This document shows positions 1-9,478 of a stretch of 64,000 bases of DNA, piece by piece. Every line of letters begins with the position of its first letter. The first letter of the stretch is position 1. This stretch comes from Magnetococcales bacterium (GTDB lineage: Bacteria > Pseudomonadota > Magnetococcia > Magnetococcales > JADFZT01): the NCBI GenBank assembly GCA_015232395.1, contig JADFZT010000013.1, forward strand, positions 1,147 through 65,146, given 5' to 3'. The notes beneath the pieces are model-generated. The model was given only the letters and a program-made list of their open reading frames with translations. It did no database searches and was not told the DNA's origin. Made by a program: the position numbers and the translations under genes.

Positions 1-3000
1 CCAAGGTGATGTTCCCCCCTGCGCCGCCATGGGCGTTGGCGGTGACTGTGCTGTTTTCCACAATCACAAAAATGGGATCAATTTCGATGTTGCCACCGCT
101 GCCCACGCCTCCCTGCACGCTGGAAGTGATCGCGCTATCCGTTAGTTGAATGAGGTTGACGGCCTGGATAGTAATATTGCCACCGTCGGCATTTTGTGTA
201 GAGGTAGCGATATCACCATTGTCCAGGATAATGGCGTCGTCGGACATAACCACCACATCTCCAGCCTGCCCACTGTTTTCCTCCTGACCGCTGCTACCGC
301 TGACGATGACACCACCATCGGTGATGGTGATGGAAGTAGCTGTAACGGTAATATCCCCCCCCTTGCCCTGGTCAACAGTAGTGGCAGAAACCTCCCCCCC
401 ATCGGTGATTTGTAAAAATGGCGTGGTGATATCGATGTTGCCGCCATCACCTGATCTATGGGATTGGGCCACGATAAAGCTCTGTGTTCCAGAGACTGCA
501 ACCATTTCCTCAGTCGTGATGCTGATGCTACCACCAATGCCGTCGTCATAAGCATTGACACTAATCGCCCCCGCATCAGTAACCAGCAGTGTATCGGATG
601 AAAGTATAATGCTGCCGCCATCGCCTGTTCCCTGGGTTTGAGCAGAAATGGCCGACACATCATCAGCGATATGGACGGTATCCCCCACCTCGATGATAAT
701 GTCTCCCCCCTGACCTTCACCCAAGGTACTGGCGGAAATGGCCCCTTGGTTGGTGAGTGAAAGCGTCTCTGATGAGAGATGGATGCTACCCCCCGTTCCG
801 GTTCCCCGGGTTTGGGCAGCGATACCCGTCAATTCACCGGAAATTTGGATGGCCTCTTCGACTTCCAAACTGATGTTGCCACCCAGGCCTTCAGCAATCG
901 TAATGACGGAGATTCCCCCTCCATCGATCAGGGATAGATTATGGGCAGAAACATAAATGCTGCCGCCATCTCCCGCTCCCAGAGTGGAAGCGGCAATCCC
1001 GCTCATTTCACCGGAGATAGAAATATCCCCTTCAACCTCTATGTTAATATTTCCACCGGCACCTTGGTCCGTAGCTCCGGCAGAAATATTTCCCTTGTCG
1101 GTGAGAAAAAGGTTTCCAGAGGAGATAGAAATATAACCTCCAGCACCCTCCCCATGGCTTTCAGCCACGATGCCGGTCGGGTATGGCGTATTACCGGAAA
1201 TCCAAATATCACCTGAAACCTCCAAGGTGATGTTGCCACCGATACCTTCGCCAAATGTGGTGGCTGAAAGGCCTCCGCCATTCGAAAGGGAGAGATTTTC
1301 TGCTGAGACGGAAATATCTCCCCCATCGCCGGATCCAATAGCTGCCGCAGCAATGCCCGTGTCCGCACCTGAGATGGTAATTTCATCCATACCCACGATA
1401 TTCAGCACCCCTCCAGAACCGGAGCTATAGCTGTTGACGGAAATCACACCCCCACCCGAAATTGACAGCGTTCCGGATGAAAGCTGAATAGCCCCCCCGG
1501 CCCCCGCTCCCAGAGAATCAGCGCTAATGACCGCCGAGCTACCTGAAACCGCAGTCCCATTTGCCACCTGGATATCGATATTCCCGGCCAACCCCTCTCC
1601 ATATGTGTTTACAGAAATCCGTCCGGTATTGGACACCTCCAGCTGACCGGCAGAGAGGAAAATCTCTCCACCAGCACCCAAGCCATAAGCCTCGGCAGAA
1701 ACAGAAGAAGAAATCAGGGCCTCATTCCCAACAGTGATGACAATGTCTCCCCCAGCCCCGGCATCTGTGCTAATGGTGGAAATTGATCCACCATTCACCA
1801 CCGAAAGCGTACCTGCCAAGAGCGTCACCCGACCGCCATCGCCACCCCCCAGCGAACCCGCAGAAACACTCCCATAGGTGGAAACAACCATTCCACCCGC
1901 CACGTCCATGGTGATATCCCCTCCCACTCCCTCCCCAGAGGTGTTGGCGGAAAGTGCCCCATAGTTGGCCAGAGTGAGACTGCCTGCTGAAAGCGTAATG
2001 TTCCCAGCATCACCACTGTCTAGAGCTTCAGAGGTGATGCCAGTCGAAAATCCAACGATGGCGATATCATCTGCCGCCACCAAAAACAGATCTGCTCCCT
2101 CCCCCTCACCCAGTGATCCGGTCTTGATCTTGCTACCACCGATCATTTCCAAGGTATTCGCGGTGATGTAGACGTCAGACCCTCGCCCGCTGCCATCGGT
2201 CACACCGGATATTATTCCCCCAGAGGTCAGGCTCAACCCGTGAGTCAACTGAATAGCTATCAGACCACCATCCAAGTCACCTCTGGTTTCAGATAAGATG
2301 TTGGCGTCATCCACAGTCAATTGACCGCCCTGGATATGGATCTCACCTCCACCATCATCGGATGTATAAATATAGCTATTCCGCGACAGTTCAATCTCAC
2401 CCATACCGTCGAGATCGACAGTTTCTAGGCCACTACCGGTTAAGACCACCTCCCCGGCAGAGTCCACGGCAGCCAAGTTGATCCGTCCGCCCTCGGCTGC
2501 GATGACAGCGCCATCGATCTCCAAGTCTCCGGCAATGATCGATAAGGTTTCCCCCGCCTCGACCCGCAAACTCCAAGTGATGTCACCAGCGCCCGTCACC
2601 CGAATGGCTGCTGGATCGTCACTTAAAAAACCAAATGCTTCCGGAGCTGAGGTGGAAAACAGCCCCTCATTGCCCAAATCAGCATAAAACCGCTCCTGAC
2701 CATCAAACCCCAAATAATCAGCGGTGGTGACGTGAAATGAGCCGGAAAGATCCAGGGAGGCGTTTTCCCCAAACATCACCCCGTTGGGATTGAGCAGATA
2801 AAAGGCCGCCCCATCGATGGTGGAAATAATGGTCCCATCGATCCAGGAGTCGTTGCCGCCGGTGACCCGGCTGATGATGTTGGAGACCGAATCGGAACTA
2901 CTGAAGGTGGCTGATTCGTTGGTTTCGAGGTTGAACTCGCTAAAGCTGTGGAAGAGGTTGCTGCCGGAGAGGGAGCCCATATCAGAGGTGATGGCATAAT

Positions 3001-3145
3001 CCCCAGCCACCGGGCTTAAGGCACCCACCTGCTCTGGATGGAGAGAACCATCGAGAACGATGCCGTCACCGGATCCGGCCCAAGCCACCATGGGTGCAGA
3101 AAATAGACAGGCTGATAGAAGGAAAAACGAAAAACAATTGTTCAT
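1..3145 (-). CDS. TpsA-type large exoprotein (filamentous haemagglutinin family), N-terminal 1048 aa; C-terminus lies beyond the left window edge
   Basis: Own minus-strand translation from the ATG at 3145-3143. The N-terminus MNNCFSFFLLSACLFSAPMVAWA looks like a signal peptide. TPS/haemagglutination-activity motifs follow (NLFHSFSEFNL, NIISRVTGGNDSWIDG, FYLLNPNGVMFGENASLDLSG), then Gly-rich beta-helix repeats. I found no in-frame stop down to base 2. It is missing from the ORF track only because it runs off the edge. Confidence 0.85.
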   Translation of the reverse strand, partial: MNNCFSFFLLSACLFSAPMVAWAGSGDGIVLDGSLHPEQVGALSPVAGDYAITSDMGSLSGSNLFHSFSEFNLETNESATFSSSDSVSNIISRVTGGNDSWIDGTIISTIDGAAFYLLNPNGVMFGENASLDLSGSFHVTTADYLGFDGQERFYADLGNEGLFSTSAPEAFGFLSDDPAAIRVTGAGDITWSLRVEAGETLSIIAGDLEIDGAVIAAEGGRINLAAVDSAGEVVLTGSGLETVDLDGMGEIELSRNSYIYTSDDGGGEIHIQGGQLTVDDANILSETRGDLDGGLIAIQLTHGLSLTSGGIISGVTDGSGRGSDVYITANTLEMIGGSKIKTGSLGEGEGADLFLVAADDIAIVGFSTGITSEALDSGDAGNITLSAGSLTLANYGALSANTSGEGVGGDITMDVAGGMVVSTYGSVSAGSLGGGDGGRVTLLAGTLSVVNGGSISTISTDAGAGGDIVITVGNEALISSSVSAEAYGLGAGGEIFLSAGQLEVSNTGRISVNTYGEGLAGNIDIQVANGTAVSGSSAVISADSLGAGAGGAIQLSSGTLSISGGGVISVNSYSSGSGGVLNIVGMDEITISGADTGIAAAAIGSGDGGDISVSAENLSLSNGGGLSATTFGEGIGGNITLEVSGDIWISGNTPYPTGIVAESHGEGAGGYISISSGNLFLTDKGNISAGATDQGAGGNINIEVEGDISISGEMSGIAASTLGAGDGGSIYVSAHNLSLIDGGGISVITIAEGLGGNISLEVEEAIQISGELTGIAAQTRGTGTGGSIHLSSETLSLTNQGAISASTLGEGQGGDIIIEVGDTVHIADDVSAISAQTQGTGDGGSIILSSDTLLVTDAGAISVNAYDDGIGGSISITTEEMVAVSGTQSFIVAQSHRSGDGGNIDITTPFLQITDGGEVSATTVDQGKGGDITVTATSITITDGGVIVSGSSGQEENSGQAGDVVVMSDDAIILDNGDIATSTQNADGGNITIQAVNLIQLTDSAITSSVQGGVGSGGNIEIDPIFVIVENSTVTANAHGGAGGNITL

Positions 3146-3226
3146 TATCATAAAAAATGCCTGACGATGAAATAATGACTTGGAACAATATACACCCTCA
3201 CATTTCCCTGGTTGGGATGTCCCAAT

Positions 3227-4054
3227 GCACTGTCAAGTTGGCCCCCAGCCCGCCATCGTGGTAGATTTTCACCATGGACACGACGCCCTCACTCTACCAT
3301 GGATTCCGTTTCCCTGGCGAAATAATCAGCCACGCAGTTTGGCTCTGCTTCCGTTTCACTCTCAGCTATCGAGACGTGGAGGAAATCCTGGCCTCACGAG
3401 GGGTTATCGTGACTTACGAATCCATCCGTCAGTGGAGCCTTCATTTCGGTCAGGATTACGCCAAAAAGATCCGGGCCAGGCAGGGCCAACCTGGGGATGA
3501 GTGGTTTATGGATGAAGTGTTTATCAAGATCAATGGTAAGCAGCATTACCTCTGGCGGGCCGTGGATCAGGATGGAGATGTGCTGGATATCCTGGTCCAA
3601 AGCCGTCGGAACGCCAAAGCTGCCAAGAAATTTTTCCGCAAACTGCTCAAAGGGTTGCAGTTCAGTCCCAATAAGATCGTGACCGATAAACTCGGCAGTT
3701 ATGGTGTCGCTCTGAAGGAAATGGACTTGGGGGTGGACCACGACACCAGCCAGTACCAGAACAACAGAGCTGAGAACTCGCACCAGCGAACGCGTCAGCA
3801 GGAACGACAGATGCGAAAATTTAAATCACCAGGCCACGCTCAGCGCTTTCTCTCAACCCACGGACCGATTAACATTCTTAGCCGCCAAGACCGTCACCTG
3901 ATGTCCGCTTCCTCCTATCGGGAATTACGGAATCGTGGTTTTTTCGGAGTGGGAGGTCATTACCGGAATGACGTCCTAAAGCTGAAGAAAGCCAAGTCTG
4001 TGTGCTGGGCTGTGGAGACCGGCTTGACCGTATTTTGCTCAACTTGACAAAACC
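3227..4054 (+). mobile_element. Intact IS6-family insertion sequence (~828 bp)
   Basis: Single DDE transposase ORF flanked by imperfect terminal inverted repeats that share TGTCAAGTTG (3231-3240, and the complement of 4040-4049). The ends resemble the IS26-type GGCACTGTTGCAAA. Size is typical of IS6. No 8-bp target duplication is visible. Confidence 0.8.
3274..4047 (+). CDS. IS6-family DDE transposase
   Basis: 257-aa ORF with IS6/IS26-like signatures (YLWRAVDQDGDVLDILVQSRRNAKAAKKFFRKLL, TDKLGSYGVA, NNRAENSHQRTRQQERQMRKFKS). The stop codon lies inside the right inverted repeat. Confidence 0.9.
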   Translation: MDTTPSLYHGFRFPGEIISHAVWLCFRFTLSYRDVEEILASRGVIVTYESIRQWSLHFGQDYAKKIRARQGQPGDEWFMDEVFIKINGKQHYLWRAVDQDGDVLDILVQSRRNAKAAKKFFRKLLKGLQFSPNKIVTDKLGSYGVALKEMDLGVDHDTSQYQNNRAENSHQRTRQQERQMRKFKSPGHAQRFLSTHGPINILSRQDRHLMSASSYRELRNRGFFGVGGHYRNDVLKLKKAKSVCWAVETGLTVFCST

Positions 4055-4164
4055 CTTGGCTCACATGAATTGATTTCAATCCGGTTTCAGCCTACTTTGT
4101 TTTTTGGAAAGGGGGGCAAGCGAAAATCCTCCCTGGGGGAGACTATCCGGAGAATAAGAGGTGT

Positions 4165-4542
4165 GTGATGGGGGAGGGATCCAAACCAGTCATTTTGGTT
4201 GTCGATGATGTGCCAGCCAATATCAAAATGGTCGCCGCTATCCTGCAAGGACTCTATGACCTGCGTATCGCCTTGAATGGGGTGGATGCCTTGAAAATTG
4301 CAGGCTCCCAAAAGCTGGATCTGATTTTGTTGGATGTGGTGATGCCCGGGATGGATGGCTATGCTGTTTGTAAGCAACTGAAAAACAATCCGGCCACCCG
4401 GGACATTCCGGTGCTTTTTATTACTGGGCATGCCGATGACGCTGAGACCAGACGGGGGTTGGATCTGGGGGCTGCAGATATTCTCCGCAAGCCCCTGAAA
4501 CCCGATTTGCTACGGGCTTCGGTGGTGGCCCAACTGGCCTGA
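4165..4542 (+). CDS. Single-domain CheY-like response regulator receiver
   Basis: ILVVDDVPAN...DLILLDVVMPGMDGY...PVLFITGHAD...LRKP is the canonical REC fold pattern. An ATG at 4168 is an alternative start. Confidence 0.85.
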   Translation: MMGEGSKPVILVVDDVPANIKMVAAILQGLYDLRIALNGVDALKIAGSQKLDLILLDVVMPGMDGYAVCKQLKNNPATRDIPVLFITGHADDAETRRGLDLGAADILRKPLKPDLLRASVVAQLA

Positions 4543-4615
4543 TGGCTTGGGAGGGGGGCTGTTTTTTTCAGGCCGAGACTGAATTATTTGGCACATCATT
4601 TTCCTGTAGGGAGTT

Positions 4616-5482
4616 ATGAAAATCTATTTGACGGCTGTGGGACTTTTTGCACTTCTCCTGCCCCAATCAGCTCTGGGAGAGCAGTTGCTGTTTTCCACTC
4701 GGGTGGAAGAGCCCCCCGTGATCGACGGTCAGGCGGAGGATCCCGCCTGGGCTCAAGCCAAAGGGATCAGCACCCAGGACCGGGTGACCCGAAAGCATAT
4801 CCTGCTCAAATCCGTTCACACCGCTGAGAAGGTTTTTTTTCTGGCCCGCTTTGCGGATGATGCCCCGGAGCAGGAACATAAAAATCTTCTTTGGGATGAG
4901 GCCCTTGAGATGTATCGGGTGGGCCCTAAACGGGAGGACAGCTTCGTCTTTAAATGGAATATGGAACCCTATCCCGTGGATCTGACCCTGACCGGGGATA
5001 CCGCCTACCGGGCAGATATCTGGTTTTGGAAGGGAGCCCGGACCGATCATGCCGGTTATGCCGACGATAAGATCCAGTTTTTGAGTGAGTTGCGTCGAAA
5101 GCAAGCCAAAAGAGTGCTCACCAAAAAGGGACGGCTGCATTATTTGACCCGCATGGGGGATAAAGGCGATGCCGCCTATGAAACCCAGCTTCAGGAAAAT
5201 TATAACGGTCCTGAAATCCCGCAGTTTCGCTTCAAAAAACCTACCGGCAGCCGGGCTGACGTTCAGGCCAAGGGGGCGTGGCAGGAGGGGACCTGGACCA
5301 TTGAGTTTGGTCGCAAACTCAATACCGGTCACGGGGATGATCTGGCGTTTGTCCTCCCTGGGCGCTACCAGTTCGGGGTGTCCATTTTTGAAATTGCCGG
5401 ACGCAAAGCCAATCCCAAAATCGATAAGCCCCTCTATGGCAGTGGTGAGGTGGGTGAAGCGTTGATGCTGGTATTCGAGTAG
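4616..5482 (+). CDS. Secreted EB_dh/DOMON-like (CBM9-like, possibly haem-binding) domain protein
   Basis: Signal peptide MKIYLTAVGLFALLLPQSALG. PVIDGQAEDPAWAQAK followed by WFWKGARTD recalls the ethylbenzene-dehydrogenase-type DOMON domain. Assignment is by motif memory only. Confidence 0.5.
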   Translation: MKIYLTAVGLFALLLPQSALGEQLLFSTRVEEPPVIDGQAEDPAWAQAKGISTQDRVTRKHILLKSVHTAEKVFFLARFADDAPEQEHKNLLWDEALEMYRVGPKREDSFVFKWNMEPYPVDLTLTGDTAYRADIWFWKGARTDHAGYADDKIQFLSELRRKQAKRVLTKKGRLHYLTRMGDKGDAAYETQLQENYNGPEIPQFRFKKPTGSRADVQAKGAWQEGTWTIEFGRKLNTGHGDDLAFVLPGRYQFGVSIFEIAGRKANPKIDKPLYGSGEVGEALMLVFE

Positions 5483-5491
5483 ATCCATGCC

Positions 5492-8400
5492 ATGAACAGA
5501 GTGCCGTTCCATGTGGCGAAAAATATCGGTTTTATCCTGCTGTTTGGCATACTCGCCGCCGTGATTGGCTCCTCCATCCGTCACCACGAAGATTCCGCGC
5601 AATCCCTCAACACCCTGATCAACGAACTGACCCCTCTCAATAAAAAATTGCAGCTGGTCAATACCCATCTCAATACCGCCCGGGAAGATTTTCAGATCTA
5701 CACCCGGTTGGAGCGTATTGGTGGAGATGATCTTCTGGGGCCTTTGGGCTTTTTGAACAACCGGTTGCGAGAGATGGAAAGAATGCTGGCTGATGAGGGA
5801 ATCAATTTTACCCAGGGATCCTTTGTTAAACCGGCTAAAACCATCCGCCTGGCTCTTTTTACTCATCTTGAGGAGTTGGAAGAGACGGGGGATCCGACCA
5901 GTGATACCAGCCTTGTCCTGCTGGAAGCCATTGAGACCGAGTCGGTCCGTCTGAGGGGAGTTTTGCAGGGGTTGCTCAATCAGATGATCAAGGATAGACC
6001 CAACTCTGAGTTGATCCCGTTTATTCACACCGTTTCCCAATCTCTGGCGAGTTTTGACGAACTTTTCAATAGATATTCTGTTCAGGAATATCTGCAACTT
6101 GATGACGCTATTCAGGCGGTAACCCGTGCGGGTCAACTGCTGGAAGAGATGAACCTGGGGGCCGTGGTTTTTCAGGATGAGGTGCGTATTGGCGGATTCG
6201 TTCAGGAGCTTAAACGGGTTTTGAAGCGTTACCGGATCACTTTGGCTGGTTACCAGGATGAAATCGAGCGGGGCGGGGATCATACCGATACCTTGGTGAT
6301 GATCCAGGAGGTGGCCTCCCGGGTTTGGGCCCAGATTGAGGAAAAGCTCTACGTCATCAACCACCGCATCGAACGTTACAGCGAGACCACTCAAAAGCGC
6401 ATCGCCACCCTCAATGAGCAGCGCAAGGAACGATTTTTGTGGATATCGGGGCTGGCTCTTGTGGTTGGTATCCTGATCTCCTGGTGGTTGGGGCGGGTGC
6501 TGGGACAGCGGATGGAGGCTTTGGCCCAGGGGGCTCAAGCGTTTGCCCGGGGGGAGTTGGATCATCGGATTGCCCTTTCAAGCCGGGATGTGTTTGCGCA
6601 GTTGGGGCAGGCTTTTAACGATATGGCGGTCAAACTCCGGGAAAAGGAGGCTGCCCTGGAGGAAAATCTGCAATCCCTGGAGAGTCGGGTGGCGGAACGG
6701 ACCCGGGAGCTGGAAGAAGCCGTCACCCGGGAGGGGGAGGCCAATCGTACCAAAAGCCATTTTTTGGCCAACATGAGCCACGAAATTCGTACCCCCATGA
6801 ACGCTGTCATGGGGCTCACCGATCTGGCTTTGGAAACCACCCTGCCCCCCAGGGGGCGTGACTATCTCAATAAAATTGCCGACGCTTCCCGTTCGTTGCT
6901 GCGTATCATCAACGACATTCTCGATTTTTCCAAAATAGACGCTGGCAAGCTCGATCTGGAGATGACCGGGTTTCATCTGCGGGATATTTTTCCCCGGTTG
7001 GGTAATCTGTTTCGGGAGCAGATTGCGGAAAAAAATCTTGAATTGATTCTGGACGATGCCCAGGGTGCCCGGGTGGCCCTGATCGGGGATTATCTGCGGC
7101 TGGAACAGATATTGATGAATCTGATCAGCAACGCCATCAAGTTTACCGAATCCGGCGAGGTGGTGGTGCGTGTGGCTTGGCAGGAGATGGCCGATGAGAG
7201 GGTGGAACTCTCTTTCTGGATTGAGGATAGCGGTATTGGCATGACCAGCGAGCAGGTGGAACGTCTGTTCAATCCTTTTGTCCAGGCAGACTCCTCTACC
7301 ACGCGTCGCTTTGGCGGTACGGGTTTGGGGCTCTCCATCAGCAAGCGGTTGGTAGAGTTGATGGGGGGGCGGATCCGGGTGGACAGTCGTCCGGGGAATG
7401 GTTCGATTTTTTTCTTTTCCGTCCCATTCCAGAGGTGGCCGGAGGCGGAAGGGAGGGGGTTGATTCTGCCTGAAGAGATTCGGTGCCAAAAGGTGCTGGT
7501 GGTGGATGATCATCCCAAAGCACAGGCAGGGGTGATGGCGCTTTTCGATGGCTTTGAGATGGCGGTTTCCGGGGTGGGCTCCCCAGAAGAGGCGATCCAG
7601 GCGGTGGCGCACTCCTTGGAGGAAGGCGCCCCATACCAGTTGGTGGTGGTGGACTGGCTGATGTCGGGTATGGATGGGGTCGTCACTCTGGGTCAAATGA
7701 TTGATTTTTTCCAGAAAAACGACGCTCCCCTCCCCAAAACCCTCCTTTTGACCCTTTCAGGTCGGGAAGAGGAGATCAAGAACCATCCCAGATCCCAGGT
7801 GGTGGGCGGGACGATGGCCAAGCCCATCACCTATGCCGATCTTTATGAGAGTTTGCTCGCCCTTTATGGCCAGAGCCTGGGAAATAGCAACCTCCTGGAA
7901 CGGGATGGGGTGGACCCGGACAGCGTGGCCCAACAGGTTGCCGGTGCCAAAGTGTTGCTGGTGGAAGACAACGCCATCAATCGTCAGGTGGCGGGGGAAA
8001 TGTTGCGGGGGGTGGGGCTCGACGTGGAGATGGCGGTCCATGGTGTCCAAGCGGTCGAGATGGTGGCGGAAGGGGATTATGAACTGGTCCTCATGGATAT
8101 TCAGATGCCCCGCATGGATGGCTATGCCGCGACCCGGCGCATTCGCAAGGGGCTGAAGCGGGATGACCTGCCGATTCTGGCCATGACTGCCCACGCCATG
8201 TCCGGGGATCGGGAAAAATCCCTGGCGGCGGGTATGGATGATCACATCACCAAACCCATCGACCGCAAGCAGCTTTTTGCCTGTCTTAAGCAGTGGATTC
8301 CCCATCGGGAGAGAGGGGAATCCATGGCGGTTTCGGCCAAACGGATTCCAGTAGTTAAAACACCTCAGGCTGACAGCTCTCCTGCGGGCAGTCTGCCCGA

Positions 8401-9076
8401 TGCGATCCCGGGGGTTGATCTGGTGTCAGCGTTGGCCCGTTTGAACGGTAATCAGCGGCTGTTGCGTTCGATATTGTGTGAATTTTATCGGGATTTCAGA
8501 GCATCCGGAGAGATGGTTCGCCAGGGGCTTCTGGGGCGCCGCAAAGAGGATGCCGACGAGGCGGCCCGCCTGCTCCATACCATCAAGGGGATGGCGGGAA
8601 ACATGTCGGCAGGTCACCTCTTTGAAGCGGCTCGAACCCTTGAGCTGGCGATCAAGGAAGAACAGAAGGAGAGGTGGTTGGAGCTGATGGAGCGGTTTGA
8701 TGGGGCGTTGGCGGTGGTGATGTCAGCCATTGAGCCCATGACCTTCTGCCAGAAGGTGCCTGTGGATCAAAGCCAAGGGGATGATCTGGTCGCCTTTGAG
8801 GGGGAGGAGGGGGCTGGTTCCGGGGAGGCTCCTGCTGCTCCCAGGGATCTGTCTGCTTCTTTGGACCATCTTGCCGGATTGTTGGAAAATGCCAGCTTTG
8901 AGGCTCAGGAGGTGTTTGAGGCTCTCCAGGCAACCCTGGTGGGGCGGGGAAAGGAGAGCGACAGGGCGTTGGAGCAGCTGGCCCAAGCTATTGATCGGTT
9001 TGATTATAAATCCGCCCGGGAGATTTTTTCGGGGTTGGTGGCGGGGTTGGGTGTTTCTCTTGGGGAGGATGGGTAG
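5492..9076 (+). CDS. Hybrid sensor histidine kinase (TM-helical sensor-TM-HAMP-HisKA-HATPase-REC-REC-Hpt)
   Basis: H-box [15 protein letters not shown]; HATPase N/G boxes (NLISNAIKFT, DSGIGM, GGTGLGLSISK). Two receiver domains (VLVVDDHP..., VLLVEDNAINR...DIQMPRMDGY). Hpt motif HTIKGMAGN. Confidence 0.9.
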   Translation: MNRVPFHVAKNIGFILLFGILAAVIGSSIRHHEDSAQSLNTLINELTPLNKKLQLVNTHLNTAREDFQIYTRLERIGGDDLLGPLGFLNNRLREMERMLADEGINFTQGSFVKPAKTIRLALFTHLEELEETGDPTSDTSLVLLEAIETESVRLRGVLQGLLNQMIKDRPNSELIPFIHTVSQSLASFDELFNRYSVQEYLQLDDAIQAVTRAGQLLEEMNLGAVVFQDEVRIGGFVQELKRVLKRYRITLAGYQDEIERGGDHTDTLVMIQEVASRVWAQIEEKLYVINHRIERYSETTQKRIATLNEQRKERFLWISGLALVVGILISWWLGRVLGQRMEALAQGAQAFARGELDHRIALSSRDVFAQLGQAFNDMAVKLREKEAALEENLQSLESRVAERTRELEEAVTREGEANRTKSHFLANMSHEIRTPMNAVMGLTDLALETTLPPRGRDYLNKIADASRSLLRIINDILDFSKIDAGKLDLEMTGFHLRDIFPRLGNLFREQIAEKNLELILDDAQGARVALIGDYLRLEQILMNLISNAIKFTESGEVVVRVAWQEMADERVELSFWIEDSGIGMTSEQVERLFNPFVQADSSTTRRFGGTGLGLSISKRLVELMGGRIRVDSRPGNGSIFFFSVPFQRWPEAEGRGLILPEEIRCQKVLVVDDHPKAQAGVMALFDGFEMAVSGVGSPEEAIQAVAHSLEEGAPYQLVVVDWLMSGMDGVVTLGQMIDFFQKNDAPLPKTLLLTLSGREEEIKNHPRSQVVGGTMAKPITYADLYESLLALYGQSLGNSNLLERDGVDPDSVAQQVAGAKVLLVEDNAINRQVAGEMLRGVGLDVEMAVHGVQAVEMVAEGDYELVLMDIQMPRMDGYAATRRIRKGLKRDDLPILAMTAHAMSGDREKSLAAGMDDHITKPIDRKQLFACLKQWIPHRERGESMAVSAKRIPVVKTPQADSSPAGSLPDAIPGVDLVSALARLNGNQRLLRSILCEFYRDFRASGEMVRQGLLGRRKEDADEAARLLHTIKGMAGNMSAGHLFEAARTLELAIKEEQKERWLELMERFDGALAVVMSAIEPMTFCQKVPVDQSQGDDLVAFEGEEGAGSGEAPAAPRDLSASLDHLAGLLENASFEAQEVFEALQATLVGRGKESDRALEQLAQAIDRFDYKSAREIFSGLVAGLGVSLGEDG

Positions 9077-9220
9077 GGGATCAGTCGGTTTTTCGTGCAG
9101 GCTTCTCCTCCGCCTGCAATCTTTGGATCGCCGCCGCCATTTTTTCAGTCGCCTGCAACCGGCTCTCTTCCTTCAATATATAGCAGCTCTATCTCAAAAC
9201 TGGACACTCTTCCCTGACTC

Positions 9221-9372
9221 GTCATCCCCGCGAAGGCGGGGATCCAGGGAGCTGATGATTGCCTCAAGGAAAAACCAAATCTTCAAGAAAGGCCAGTATT
9301 TTGCTGAAAGTGATGCAAGATTTGGAAAGGTTTGTGCCAGACTCCCTGGATTCCCGCATTCGCGAGAATGAC
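9221..9372. repeat. 152-bp MITE/REP-like element with ~30-bp terminal inverted repeats
   Basis: GTCATCCCCGCGAAGGCGGGGATCCAGGGA (9221-9250) matches the reverse complement of TCCCTGGATTCCCGCATTCGCGAGAATGAC (9343-9372). Each arm is itself a short hairpin. Confidence 0.6.
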
Positions 9373-9478
9373 GGCAAAAATGCAACGGCATATGTCTAAT
9401 TCTTGATTTGAATGGCTATAAAGTCATTTCTAAAATTGAATGCACCGTACATCTGTTTGTGACAAAGATACGGGGTGG

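Noticed and set aside
4589-4604. TGGCAC-N5-TTTC sigma-54-like string upstream of the EB_dh-like gene
   Set aside because: The -12 element lacks the GC dinucleotide, and the site would put the transcription start only ~3 nt from the ATG at 4616.
4667-6565. 632-aa minus-strand ORF (and 6578-7696, 372 aa) opposite the EB_dh-like gene and hybrid kinase
   Set aside because: Antisense shadow ORFs of clearly coding plus-strand genes, with compositionally biased translations and no motifs.
9194-9391. 65-aa ORF (…DPRLRGDDESGKSVQF)
   Set aside because: It is generated by reading through the MITE/REP-like inverted repeats, a classic repeat-derived pseudo-ORF.
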